The position numbers and the translations under genes are program-made. The notes beneath the pieces are model-generated. The model ran no database searches, was not told the DNA's origin, and was given only the letters and a program-made list of their open reading frames with translations. From the NCBI GenBank assembly GCA_021432655.1, contig MU271279.1, forward strand, positions 1 through 64,000: a DNA stretch of 64,000 nucleotides, in the 5' to 3' direction. Positions 27,193 to 40,487 of this stretch are shown here, piece by piece. Each line of letters opens with the position of its first letter. The first letter of the stretch is position 1. Source of the stretch: Atractiella rhizophila. Taxonomy: Eukaryota.

Positions 27193-30100
27193 TCAGTTAA
27201 GGGAATAGCAGAGGGATTGGAGGTCGCTGACGATATTCTTGGGAGGATGCTTCGAACTATTTATCCAACTAGTTCATGATCGTCAGGTCCACCAGCTCAA
27301 AGGAGGAAAAAGGAAACAAGCTCACGATATAGCGTTGACATGATCCGCCAACAGAGCCGGCGTCTTCTTTTCAGCTTTGAAAATAGTTTCATCCTCTGCT
27401 TCCTCATCAACAAATCCACCTCCAAACCAAACAGCACCATCCTCCTTCGTCTGAACATCGGACGAATCCGATATCGACTCGTTGAGGCACCTCAAGATGT
27501 CCAAGCACCTTTGACACACAGGCACTCGACATGCCATCTGGGGCGGCATGCTTTCACCTGGATGCGTGGGGAATTTTGGCATGATCCGTTGAACGAGGCT
27601 GAGGATGGATTTGACGAGATCGGTTTTGAGGGTGAGTTTCCGTTTGAGGGATGGTTTGGAGAGGAAGATGAAGTTGAACATGGAGATGGTGAGGAACTCG
27701 AGGGTCACGATACCTGATTCGAAGGCAGGAACGACCGTCAGGGAATCTTCTTGGATCGGAATGTAGAATTTGAGCCTGTCTATGACATCCTCCACCTTTG
27801 CCGAATCGAGCGCGGCCGCAATGACTTCCCGGTTTGGATCTTTGGTCGAAATCTTTGCCAAAGCAAGTAAGGCGATTTCGGTAGCATAACTGAGCCTATG
27901 GATCGGTGGACCATTTGCACCAGCACCAGCACCTCCCTTCTCCTTCCCTCTCCCCATCCACCCCTCATCCAACTCGTTCGTCAAGTCCAAAAACCAGCTC
28001 AAAAGTTCCACCACGGCATCGGCCACCCAACCATTTGTGGTCGTCAACTCAACATCCAACCCCACAGACGAGAAGATGAACGCCACGTCCTTCCGAATCG
28101 TCAGGAGATCCGACACTTTCAGATCGAGATCTACTCCTCCTCCGCCTGCTTTAGCACGTTTCGCCGCAAAGTTTGCTTCGAGGATACAAGGTCTGAGAAG
28201 AAGTTCGGCGAATCGAGGGAGGGAGGCGCAAAATCGACCCACGTCCTCTGCTGTCGTGACGTTGCGAAAGAAATTGAGGATGGCGAGGACGGTTTCCACT
28301 CGTCCAAGAGAATACGACACGTCCTTCTTCTTTCCCTTTGAATCTAATAACCTCACGCTTTCCTCCTCTCCCATCCTCTTCAGTCTCCCAAAGCTTCTCC
28401 CCCTCCACTCCTCCCACGCATACCTCTTCTCCCTCTCCTTCCCCTTCCCACCAGCCAAGCCAACCATCTCACTCCCCAAACACTCATCCAACAAATCCAA
28501 CAACTCCTCACCCAAATCCTCACACTGATGCAACGGAAACGGCACCGAGCCCTCCGTGCCCATACTCATCCCCAAGCTCTGCAACACATTCAAAGCATAC
28601 GTGACCTCATGGGCCATCCGACTCTTCAAGCTCATCGTCAACGAATGGATGTCCACCACCCCAAAGTTCTCCCCTTCCAACCCAGTCCTCGGCGGTCGAA
28701 CCTTGTTCGTCAACGCGTCCAACGCGCGCAGTTCCCATCCGCCAACCGCGGTGGTCGTGCGCGTCAAATGGTTGTATGTCACCCTATATCGTTTTTTCGG
28801 TCGCACAGGCTCAGGCTCTTCCAGCGCCGTCGACGGACGTTTGGCCGTCACGGATGGAGAGGAGGCGAGGGGGGGGACGGAGGGCGAGTTTTCTGGCGCT
28901 TTTGCTTTTGAATCGGTTGGAAGAGAAGGTGGAGGAGGAGGAGACGGTTTCGGTGCTGGCTCTGTGGTTGATGGCGGAGGTGGGATTGGGAGGATCGATT
29001 CTTTTTGAGACTCTGGGGCGGAAGGGATTGCGGGAGCTTCTGGCGTGTTCTCCATTGACGCCGATGGAACGGCGGCTGGCGGCGTTGGGGGTTTTGCGGT
29101 CGCTGGAGCTGTAGGAGTCGGGGTGGGAAGGAGGTTGAGCGCTGTTGGTGTCTCTGGGACAGGAGCGAGGGGAGGCGTTTCAGCCGTTCCACTTCCATGT
29201 GACCCCGCCCTCCGCAAATTGGTATGGGTCTTCTCCAACCCCAAAAGGTACTTCGCATACACCTGTACCACCATTCAAGATCAACATCAAGGATCATCCG
29301 TCCGTCCCTTCACAGACACCACACACGGACCAGACAAGCAGGGATGGAAGAAAAGGACGTACCTCGACCAACGCCTTCACGCCGACCTCGTCCTTCCTAA
29401 CCTGCATCATCTGACACACCGTCGGCCAAGCGCCATTCTTGGTCAACATCGCGCTTCCGCCGCCCATGATCCTCACGATCGCATACAGCGTCCCAATCTC
29501 GACCTCCTGCGCACCCTCCCCTCCCACACCGAGCGGCGCACGCTCTATCCCATGCTGTTTCCTCACATGGTCTCCCGCGATCTTGCGCAACTGGATCATC
29601 TGCGCCTGCTTCTGCGGCGTCAGACCCAAGCCCGCCCATCCACCTCCTCCCGCTGGCTTCGTCCCATTCACGGTCGCGGTTCCGTTTGCAGATGTTGCGG
29701 TTGCGGTTGCGGTTGTTGCGGTTGCGGTTGCGGTTGCGGTTTGGGAGTGTAGCTGCTGCGCTTGTTGAGCGCGTAGACGCATCTGAAGCGCGGCGAGGGC
29801 GGTCTTATGTCTTTCCTTTTCTTGTTGAGACATGGTCAGGAACGAATTGGTGTCGAGTCCTTGTGAGCGGAGGTAGTCGGCCATGAGTTGTTGGAGCTGT
29901 TGTTGAGCTGCCAACTGTGCATTTTGTTGCGTTACAGATTGAGATTGAGGTTGCGAAGGTTGGGATGGAGGTGCAGGAGAAGAAGTAGATGGGAGTACTT
30001 TTGTTGGTGCAGGTATGAGAGACGAAGGATGTGATGTGGGAGGTACTGATAGCGGGAGAGGTGAAGCAGACCCTGCCTGAGACGCCAACAAGCTGAGAGC

Positions 30101-30637
30101 GTCCGTCCCAGGTGCGCCGCCATGGAGAGAGTTGGGCGGCAACGAGTCCTGCCTCTCGTTCTTGATTCCGTTGGCCAAAGGTGATGGCGACGGAGCGGAG
30201 GCAGAACTCGGCTGTAACAGGCCCATACCGATACCGTTAGGATGTGAGGCGGGTCGCGGAGGTTGGGAGAGGACGGAGAGGTGGTTGAAGAAGCTCAACT
30301 TGTCCTTTCCTTCTCTTTCGAGGGAGAAGGAGGATGCGGGACGGGCGGGATGGGATGCGGAGGGAGAAGCGGAGGCGAAGAGGTTGGAGAAGTCGTGACT
30401 GTGTCCGTTGGTGAGGCCTGTCATGTGTGGCAGGGGAGCGACGGCTGAAGAGGACGTTGAGGGCTGGGTGGAGGGGGAGGAAGAGGGTATCCATGGCGTG
30501 TGTGGGTTGGAGAGGGAGGGTTCTCCGAGACCTCCGATGCCTGCGCCGTTCAACCATGGGAGTTGCTGGGCGGAAGAGGATGTGCCGTTCTGCGCTGGTG
30601 GGACTGGTGGTGCGGAAGGGGAAGAAGACGCGAACAT
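27193..30637 (-). CDS. SWI1: SWI/SNF subunit Swi1/Sol1 (ARID1-like)
   Basis: Low-complexity P/S/Q N-terminus; ARID domain (EIGTLYAIVRIMGGG...AWPTVC...VYAKYLLGLE); BAF250_C-like VDIHSLTMSLKSRMAHEVTYALNVL. Introns lie near 29265-29360 and 27270-27325. Confidence 0.8.
29696..29741. repeat. (GCGGTT)n coding microsatellite (Thr-Ala repeat in SWI1)
   Basis: gttgcg repeats; the array is longer here than at about 20166-20192 in the other copy. Confidence 0.9.
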
Positions 30638-31813
30638 CTACTTACACGTCCACTGACGGCATCAACACCCCCGAAGTCACCTGGCGGGAGAGAAAAAGCT
30701 GACCTCAACATAAATACTCTACGTTCTACCCACCAAGGACCACAACACTACACCACGACTCTCTAATCCGGACCGCGACTCACCGCGAACGTGCTGGGGT
30801 ATGCGGAGTGGCGTGAGCGACAGGCTGCTGGATGACAACACTCAAAGCGCCAGTGGAAATGCGCGATGATCGAGTACGTAGGCGTGGCGTGGATGAGGCA
30901 GGTGATACTGAAAAAAGGCCGGATGGTCGCGGTTGATCGAACTGAGCTGTCCCGCACAGCCTCACTCCGTTTCGTTTCCGGCCTGAATGAAGAACCTACT
31001 TTTATCAACTTCTACTCGCCTTTTCTCTCGCTCAGCCGAACTCTGCTCTGCTCGGATGAAAAAGACTATGAGTATCCAAACAAGAGTCAACTGTGTGCTG
31101 TGAGTTGTTGTCGACTGGTCGAAGGAAGAATATTGTTACTCGGTTCCGAGCACGTAATGTTTGGCGAGAAGCTCTGCGTCCACTGCATGCTGAAATAAAT
31201 GATCATGTTGGCTGGACCCATTTTGTACAGCCGAAGAAGAGAAAGAACTGAGTCGAAACGAAGAAAAAGCAAAGAAAAGGAGAGGCGGTTTTGTAGCAGA
31301 CGTGGGGTCGACAAGTTGATTGCTATTGCTATTTATTCCGCGCCATCGAAAACTTCTCAGCGTTTGCATCAGCCCATCTGCATCAATCGCTCATGCTTCC
31401 GAATCCGAGCTAGATGCATGAGAGATCTCGTCCCTCTCGTGCTCCACCCTCCGCTCCATCGTTTCTCAAATTCTCCAATCAGTTCCATCGATCACCTCAT
31501 TCCATTGGGATCCCACATATCCAAGCTTTGATTTATGAATTTTGAATTTTGAATTTTGAATGTTCAAGTCAAGAGGATGAGGGTTTGGGAGAGACACCGA
31601 TTGTATATATTATTCCTTCATCTTCTTCCCCTTTGTATCTTTTGATCACACGTATTCACACACGAACCAATTTATGTCTCACTCATCACTGGCAAACAAT
31701 CAGTCACTCCTAAACGTCCCTCCAAACCTCCTCTCATAGATCAAATACCAAAGGAATCCCCTTCCTCCAAAGACCTCCTCCAACTCCTCAACACCTCACC
31801 AATCTCAAACCCT

Positions 31814-34107
31814 CTAAGTGCTCATCTCCGCATCCCTCGCGCCCGTCTGCTCCCCACTCGCCACCCCAGCCGCGAACTGGGCGGCCTTGTCCGCAAAGAA
31901 CCTGACGTCGGCGTCTCTATCCTGTCTGAGCTTCTCGAGCGAAGGGAGGATGATCGACTGCGCCAGCTCCTTCCCTCCCGGTTGGCCGGCAACGACGGAG
32001 GAGATCACTTCGAGCGCCTTCGACACGTTGAAGCGGATGTTGGGGATCGGATCCGACGTCAGTTGCACCACCGCGTCCAGGACTGGTCCGCGGATGGACT
32101 CGATCGTTAGAGCTGGAGCCATCGTCTGTATGAATAAGAATCCAAGAAGTCAATGCGTCATCTTGTTACAAAAAAGTGAAAGGACGAACGGTGATAGCAA
32201 AGATGGCAGTCATCCGTTTCAGATAATTCGGCTCGTTCCTCAGCTCAATGACCTTTGGTAGAATGTGTTGTTGCGCCCATTCGACGCCAAAGACCTCCGT
32301 CAACTTCTTCAGGTTGACGGTTGCCGATTCGCGGATCGAATAGACGGGGTCTCCGAGCCAAGAGAGGCAGAGGGTCGAGAGCTTTTCGTCAAAGAATTGC
32401 ACGCCCAGTTGGGTGGCTAAGAGGGGATGTATTCTATGATCGCTTGCCGGATTCGCCACTGTTTGTCTTCTGCTAATTCCATGATGGCGGGCAAGAGAGC
32501 TTGGGAGAGCAGGTCGATGCCGATCACTGTCCATCCACACCCCATCATCAACAACTCGTCCACAATACACTCTTCTAGACAGAGCATCAGTGGCAGAGGG
32601 AAGGAAGAGACGAACCAGAGTTGACTTGCTCCAACTTGCTGATAATATTCAGTCTCACATCCGGGAACTCGTCCTTCAACAACTGCAAGAAGAGAGGGAG
32701 CAAATGTTCGATCGTCGCCTCCTTCCCAAACAGGGGAGCGAGACCGGAAATCTGATTTGCGAGAGCGGTCCGGACGTGTTGGGACATGTCTGTTGCGAGC
32801 TCACGGACGCAGGGGAGGATGCGATTCAAGATCGTGTCGCGATCGAGCAGCTTGGCGAATCCTTCGTAGCCATCTCACCGTCAGGGTGTGGAGATGGCGC
32901 GGAGGAAGAGGAACGAACCTGGAATCTGCCCTGCGGCTGCGGTGCGCACTTCCGCTTCGTTGTCTTTTAGAAGGTTGACGAACGCTCCAACGAGTTCTTC
33001 CCTCACTATCTCCTCACCCGCTGCCAATGCCAACTGCAACCAGCATCCTTTACCCACTTTACAAACTGGAATATGCAAAAGCTCACCTTGACGAAATGGT
33101 CAGCCACCATGAATCTAACCCTCCAGCTCTTATCAGACACCATGTTCTTCATCAATCCACCAAGGTGGGTCTTGCACTCTTCATCGTTCAAGTTCTCGGC
33201 GATTGTGATGAGGGCATCTACGGTGAGGAGACGGACTGAGTCTTGGTCGTCTGATCCGAGCTTTCGCAGGACGGGAATCATTTCTGAGAGCAATAGCTGG
33301 TGGGAGAGGGTCTTTGCGAATGCCTATCCATACCAATGCATCATTCTCAGTATCCAAACTCCCTTCAGCTAGTGGAAGGTAGAGGACGACAAACCCCGAG
33401 TTCTTTAGCAGCAGCGCGTCGGACCATGGGCGTGTCATCACCACAGAGCGCACTGAACATCCTCCTCATTTCCGTCTTTATATTCTCTCCCACCCGACTG
33501 TATGCGACTCTATAAAGGCTAGTTGCGCTCATTCGACTCGTGAACCAATCTCCGGTGCTGAGTCTCCTGAGCAATGGGAGGTAATTCTCCTCGACCTGTT
33601 GCTGAGAGAGCGAAAAACAAATCCTCTGAATCGAAACAGACGCATGTTCTCGGACCAGCGTCTCTTCCACCGCAGCAAGATTCTCAAGAGGAGAAAGCAG
33701 GACGTGAGCATGAGATCGTCCTCCGATGTACTCCACGAATGCAGCTTCTTTCGGTTCGCCCTCTCCCTCAGGTTCGAGAGGAGGCGGAGGAGAGATGGGA
33801 GGTACTCCGCCGGGGTTGAAGTTCGGTAGAGCGCCGACTGGAGCTCCAAGTTCGTCAGCGATCGCGAGCAGCACCTCGTCCTCGTCGTCGAGGGATTCAT
33901 GCAGGAAGGGAATGAGCTCGTCTCGCGTGCGTTGAGCGCCTAAAGCGAGCGCGATTGTCGATAGTCTGTGGATTGAGGCCAGACGAAGGAGGACATCCTC
34001 GGATTTCAACTCGTCCAAGAGCAATGCGATGGGATGGATCTTTGCCAACACAATTTCAATATGCCTGATATTCTCGCGTGTAAATATGAGAGACATACTG
34101 GTTCCAT
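31814..34107 (-). CDS. TPD3: Protein phosphatase 2A scaffold (A) subunit, HEAT repeats
   Basis: [100 protein letters not shown] and [12 protein letters not shown]. Confidence 0.97.
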
Positions 34108-34276
34108 GGATGGCTGCTCCATTTTATTTTGTCCTGCCAATGATCGTTGTTCAGTGCGAAAGTTCAAGTGGTCGTCTTTGATCCTCTGCGGGCGTGGCGG
34201 AGCGGTGTTTCTCCAAGCATAACTTCAACCACCATTTCCACTTTCTTCCCCTTCTTACTTGAACACTACAGCGACA

Positions 34277-35833
34277 ATGGATGACCTCTTCGAGTCCTAC
34301 GCTCAGGATTATGCGCAGATTGCAGCGGGAGTAAAGGCAAAGTTGGCGGAAGGAGGAGAGGCAAAGGTCTCGAAAGGAGGTGTGTCCTTTCGTCATGGTT
34401 GTGCAATGAGGAATCCTTGGATTGAAGAGGTTTCCAAACGTACCGTATTTTATTGGATGAATATTGTTATTTCCAGCAGCTCTAGAGCTTTACGAGAAGT
34501 GCAAGATGAACATGCATGCAAGACCCCTGCTTTGCGTTTGACGGAGAGGATGGCCTGTCGACTCATGCTGTCAGCATGGCTGTAATTCTGGTCACTTATA
34601 CTGCTGCAGCTTCCTATCACGACTTCTCCTAGTTGACACAAGCGTTAAAAGCTGAACCAGGGCGTCATTCCGGAAAGAGCTTGCAGAATATCGTTTGCTT
34701 CCACACGAGCAGTGCTGGGCTAGACAACAAGGAGTAATGTAATCAAGTGATAGGTTACAAGCTAACTCAGAAGCAGCCAATGTAGCGCTTGCATACGTGT
34801 CGTGCTTCGTGAGATGTGCCTTTTGGTACAATACGTGCTTCAAAGCAGACCGTTTGCGCTTTACCTATCTACGAGAAAGTATACGCACGATGTTACTTTT
34901 GAAGTCGTTTAGTCTTGTTTTGTCTCCATCCCATCAATCTCTGCTCCAGAATGCAAGCTAATCATCTTCCCGTTCCCGCAGAGGCACGAAAGACAGTCCT
35001 CCGCCGCATCAACATGGAGCTTGAGGAAGCAGACGAGATCATAGCCCAGATGGAGATTGAGCTCCAGTCACAACCCAAGGATGTGAAGACTAAGCGGCAG
35101 ATCCAGATTCGAGGTTACAAGAGCGACATGGGTCGGTGGAAGAACGACGTGGTAAGTTCTCCCTCTTTCTCCCTTCTCTTCAGTTGAGGTTTCCGTGACT
35201 AATTCTTACGTCCTATCGTGTGCGATATAGAAATCCTTGATGGCCTCAGCAGACAGGGACGAGCTCTTCTCCCGTTCCTCTCCAATGGGTCCAGAGCGTA
35301 GCGACACGACCAGTCCTCCAATAGACGGAATGGATGCCCAGTCCGCACAGAGGGCAAGATTGTTGAGAGGAACTGATATCCTGAGCGAGGGCCAGAGGCG
35401 GCTGAATGACAGCCATCGCATCGCGCTTGAGACGGAGGATCTTGGAGCGGGGATTTTGAGGGACCTGAATGCGCAGAGGGGACAGTTGGAGAACACGAGG
35501 GATACGGTCCGTTCACACCTCGTCAGATTACTTTGACATTAGGATTAATGGATGATGGATAGCTTGGACGAGCGGATAGCTCGATTGACAAGGCTTCAGG
35601 GACTTTGAAGCAGATGATACGAAGGTAAATCAACGCAGATTTATCTGGTCTGTTTTGCATTTCGTTGAATGGTGCTGATATGACATGGATAGAATGTACC
35701 AACAACGCGTTGTGACCATTTTGATCATTATTGTTCTCCTTTTTCTGATGTAACGTTTCCTCTTCTGCCTCTCTCAAATATACTGACAGATTTGGAAAAC
35801 AGTGCCCTCGTATTGTACTCTAAACTTCGTTAA
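34277..35833 (+). CDS. VTI1: v-SNARE Vti1
   Basis: MDDLFESYAQDY, ELEEADEIIAQMEIE and QRARLLRGT...RLNDSHRIALETEDLGAGILRDLNAQRGQLE, with a C-terminal TM segment ending LVLYSKLR*. The first intron is about 600 nt. Confidence 0.93.
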
Positions 35834-36214
35834 GCCTCTCATCTTGCGGATACACATCGTCTTGTTCCCTTTTGGTGAATAAACCGGCTCTGGTGGATGG
35901 AATCTTGGGAATACATGGTTATTCTACTCTTTTGCAATTGCAATAATTATTCAGCTGTTTTGTTTCATACATTTTCCCCTCTACCCGCTTCCTGTCCTTT
36001 TTCCCTACAAGTCGACTGAGATATTTCTTTGAAGCACAATCACCTTTCCACCAAGAATCCACAATCCTCAAACTTGAAATCAAACGCCGCCGCAGCACGT
36101 CAGCCACCCACACAACGACGAACTCTTGTTCAACTTTTTGGCTCAAAGTCAACCAACAACCTAACGAACAGCACCAGAAAACGATAGAGACGATAATTGA
36201 TTGATTTTATTGGG

Positions 36215-37585
36215 ATGGCGGAAGAGAATAATACTAATGCAGGTGGAAACGCGGCGTCGATGCGACCGGTTCAAGGTACGCACTTTTTCTCGCACTGGGG
36301 GTGGAAAGCGGGTATTGGTTTGCTGGGATGGACTGTGCTGATGTCTTGTCCTATCATTTGTTCTATGTTTCACTACGCGTCCGATGCTGCTCTCGATTGG
36401 CGTGCGGCAATGTTTGCTGGCATGACGTGCTCTTGGTGTCACAGTCAAACTTGTCCTCCTCGGTTCGTCTCCTCTTCTCCCTTTGTGCGCGCCGGTGTAG
36501 AGAGCTGAGACTGTGACACAATGTAGGTGAAGCTGCAGTCGGAAAGTCATCTCTTGTCCTGCGGTTTTGCCAGGACGACTTTCAAGCGAATAAAGAGCCC
36601 ACCATTGGAGCAGCCTTGTACATCCTGCCCCCATCCCGATCCCTCTCTCGTCAGATGTTGACTGTGCTATAGTCTTACCCAGAAATGTCGACTGGAGGAT
36701 AAGGTGATCAAGTTCGAGATCTGGGATACGGCAGGACAGGAGCGCTTTCATTCCTTGGCACCGATGTATTATGTTTGTCTTCCTTTTCTTCTACCCCAGC
36801 CAAGTAGGGTTGCTGAATGAGAGGCGCGTATAGAGGAATGCGGCTGCAAGCTTGGTTGTTTATGACGTTACCAAATCGGTATGTTTCATTGTGTCTGCTC
36901 CGTGGATTTCGTGGATTGATGGCTGATTCAATTGCGGTGCAGGGTTCATTAGAGAAGGCTAAATCGTGGGTAAAGGAACTTCAGAGACAAGCCAACCCCA
37001 AGTCCGTTCCCTCCCTGCCATCGGTCTTGGTCTAACATCAACAACAATATGAAGCATCGTCATTGCACTCTGTGGTAACAAGCTCGACCTTGTCCAAGGA
37101 TCTACAGAAGGATCTCCAGACGCTGGAGAAGGCGGAGCGCACAACTCAGCAGCTGCCTCCGACGACGATGAAACTGCCACCGCTACTCCCGACGCACCGA
37201 ACGATGCTCAAGGAGACGCAGTGACTGATGGGTGGAAAGCTAGCAGGGAGGTAGAGAAGGATGAAGCAGCCGCATATGCGGAAGAGAACGGGTTGCTCTT
37301 CTTTGAGACTTCCGCGAAGACGGGAGAGGGAGTCATGGAGGTTTTCACTGAAATCGGTTAGCCAATCCTTCCTGTCTCCTATTTCATAATCTGTTGGCTG
37401 ACGTTGGTTTCTGGATAGCGAAAAAGATTCCCCTTGAACACATCCTTTCTTCTTCCCGTGGTGGACGCGGAACGACAGGTAGAGCAGGAGGAGCAGCCAC
37501 GGCTGCGGCAGGTGCTGGAGGAGATGGACGAATCAAAGTTGGGGAGGAGACGCCAGAGCAGAAGAAGAATGCTTGCGGCTGTTAA
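36215..37585 (+). CDS. Rab5-family GTPase (Vps21/Ypt52-like)
   Basis: Spliced [52 protein letters not shown] and ETSAKTG; C-terminal CGC prenylation motif. Confidence 0.93.
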
Positions 37586-37942
37586 TCTCCATTCTCTGTT
37601 TCTACCCCAGCTCTTTCTCCACCCGGCAATTGGCCACGGAATGAACGACATGCCCTCCTTCGATTCAGATTCACACTCAGTACCTCTCCCTTTCTTTCTG
37701 CTGAGATCTCTTGCGTGTAGACTAACTATTAATACCTTCATGGGGAGGAGACGCCAGAGCAGAAGAAGAATGCTTGCGGCTGTTAATCTCTATTCTCTCT
37801 GTTTCTACCCCACCTCTTTCTCCACCTGGCAATTGGCCACGGAATGGACGACATGCCCTCCTTCGATTCAGATTCACACTCAGTACCTCTCCCTTTCTTT
37901 CTGCTGAGATCTCTTGCGTGTAGACTAACTATTAATACCTTC
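37540..37942. repeat. About 201-bp direct tandem repeat (2 copies) covering the Rab5 C-terminus and 3' UTR
   Basis: tggggaggagacgccagagc...attaataccttc at 37540-37739 and again at 37741-37942, with a few substitutions and a 2-nt indel. Confidence 0.95.
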
Positions 37943-38195
37943 TCTCCCACGAATATATGAGCATCTTAAGTTTTGTCTCGCAATACGTGAACGGATCTGG
38001 AAAATAATGATGCCCTCATCCCCCCTTCCACTTCATTGGGATTGATGTTTCATATGGTTGGCTGCCTCGCCTTTCGGCTACGTCTATGCGAACTAGCAAG
38101 CAAAATAAGAACATCCAAAGTATTCCCTGGAAGCTGAACTAGGCAACGAGGTCGTCTTCTAAGCGAGTGAGATGATATATACAGGTGTGGTCGAG

Positions 38196-40404
38196 TTACG
38201 ATTGCTCTGCTGCAGGTTTTGGTTCTGAAATTGACGAAGGGAACACTTTATAAGGTGAGAGTATACCTAGCAAAGTGTGTCACTAGTTATGCCATGGTGA
38301 AAGAAATGGGATGAACATACTTTTAGGATCGAATATCTTCTTGATCATACGCATCCGGTCGACAGTGCTCGCCTCCTGCGAGTACTCAATAAACGGGGCT
38401 TTTTGTAATCCGAGTCCATGTTCAGCGGATATCGATCTTATCGCCTCGTCAGTTTATCGAGGAGAACAGACGGAGAAAGCTGTACCCTCGCTGCCGTGAA
38501 GTCTCTTCAAATACCCAAGGCTCCATAATCTCCTCGATTTTGGGGTCATAACGACTAGCAATGACGTTCTATCGCATCAAAACACAATTCAGTCTTGTTT
38601 CTTCTCTACAAGATGGAGAAAGAGCACAAGGGAAGACAAACCAAATGAATATTCCCATCTCCCACATGTCCAAACCCAATACACCGCCTAATGACATCGT
38701 CTCCCAAACCATGTTCCTTAAACCGCTTTCTCATCTTCTCCACCACACTGTACATCTCCCGGACGGGCAGCGACAGGTCGTACTTGTACACCTTACCCAA
38801 CTTGGCACCATTCTCAGCTATTGATTCTCTGATCGCCCACAGCTGTTGCAATTGGGTTTCGTCTGCCGCTACAACTCCATTGGTAATTAATTCTTCTGTC
38901 ATGAGCGATTCAAGGTGATCTTGCAATTTCTGCATCCCAGCGTTAGAACTCTTGACTACGAGTGTTGGAACGGAAATCACTTCATCGTCATGTTCCTTCC
39001 TGCTCCCACTCGTCTCAATCAAAATATAAAATCCCTCTTTGGCCGCATCATCTTGTTCGAACGGTGCTCTCATGTCTGAGAAAGTTTGTACGATATCGAG
39101 GGAGTCGGGATCAAAAAACTCAAAGGCGCTCAAAATCTCGGACAGGGATGACTTTGTGCGTATGAACACCTTTAGGAGATCTTCCCAGCTCGAGACAGAG
39201 AGGAGGGCAACTCCTGTTGACTGTTTGGATGATTAGGTTGCACTATCGAAACGGATTAGCAGAAACGGACCTTGGGACGCTGAGGAGCCAGGATGCAAGC
39301 GCCAGTTACAATTCCGAGTGTACCTTCGGCACCAATGAAGAGTTGCTTGAGGTCGTAACCTATTACCATAGCACACCATCAGCCACTCGTTCCATAGATC
39401 CACGCTTTTACTAGAGAAGTTAAAGTTATACCAGTATTATCCTTGCGCAATCCACCCATCCCCATTCTCAACACAGTACCCTCCTCATCAGGCAACACAA
39501 CTTCCAATCCTAACACATTCCCGTGCAATGATCCATAGCGGAGGAGACGTAGCCCGCCGGCATTCGTGGAGATGTTACCACCAATTTGACACCTGAAGCG
39601 GAGAGAGTTTAGAGCTGGAGCGTGAGAAGAGGGAAGACTGACGAGCCCTTCGCGCCTAGATCGAGGCTGAATTCTTACGTGAGGAATATAATGAAGAGGA
39701 AAAGAGGGCGACGCACGGGAAGATGTAGCCTTTGGCTGCTAGGTAGTCGTCTACATTCTGCAGCACACACCCAGCATCGAGCGTAATCACGCCTGTTTGT
39801 CTTCCCTCAGGCTAACTCTTCTGCACCAAAGGAGGCCGTACCAGATACCTCATCGAATGATCGGATGGTGTTCATCCCGCTCAGATTGAGGACTAGCTCG
39901 TCATGCACTGGCACACTGCCGCCTACCAAGCCAGTGTTCCCGCCTTGCGGTACTCTGTTTACCACATCATCATCAGAGAAGCAAGAAAGGAGAAGGACAC
40001 AAACACGGCAATGTTTTGTTTGTAGCAATACGCAAGCAGCTTTGAGACTTCCTCTGTTCTCTTAGGGCGGACAACAGCAACTGAGTCCAACAATCACCTT
40101 CCCTTCCTCATAAATCCATCAAAAACAACACACCGCTTCTCCCCTTGTACTTCCCCATCCAATCCTCATTATATCCACCCAGTTCTACTTCTTCCACTTC
40201 CTTCCAACCAGCCTCATCGACTGCTGCAGGTTTTAGAGACGTGATCACATTTGAGTCTGGATTCGAGATCACGCTTCGGAAGAATGTTATGTCTCCCGCG
40301 TCGAGGGTCTTATACTGCTTCTTGCGCGGTGGAACTGTTGAGTTCCAGCGTTTTGAAGCTCTGGAAAGCTGCAAAAGTTGCTGAGGCAGTCGAAATGGTC
40401 GCAT
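38196..40404 (-). CDS. DLD2: Mitochondrial FAD-linked D-2-hydroxyacid dehydrogenase (D-lactate / D-2-hydroxyglutarate)
   Basis: Presequence [77 protein letters not shown] and [11 protein letters not shown]. Confidence 0.93.
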
Positions 40405-40487
40405 CTCTCAACTTCTATCAAGTGGTCCAGACACACAAACTCAACAACGAACCCGTCTTTATATTTTATATTGATTTCTGTACAAAT

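Larger units (their letters stand above)
12087..30085. repeat. Tandem block duplication A (12087-20534 and 20560-30085) around a 25-N gap; probably uncollapsed haplotypes
   Basis: Sequence after the gap (aagccattttcctctaaaaacg) restarts at 12087. Sequence before the gap (ccctgcctgagacgc) recurs at 30071-30085. Gene order is the same in both copies. Confidence 0.95.

Noticed and set aside
30700..31530. Short ORFs between SWI1 and PP2A-A
   Set aside because: There are no motifs or convincing exon chain; probably promoter and UTR sequence.
31536..31561. (TGAATTT)n short repeat
   Set aside because: It is a simple AT-rich microsatellite in a terminator region with no further structure.
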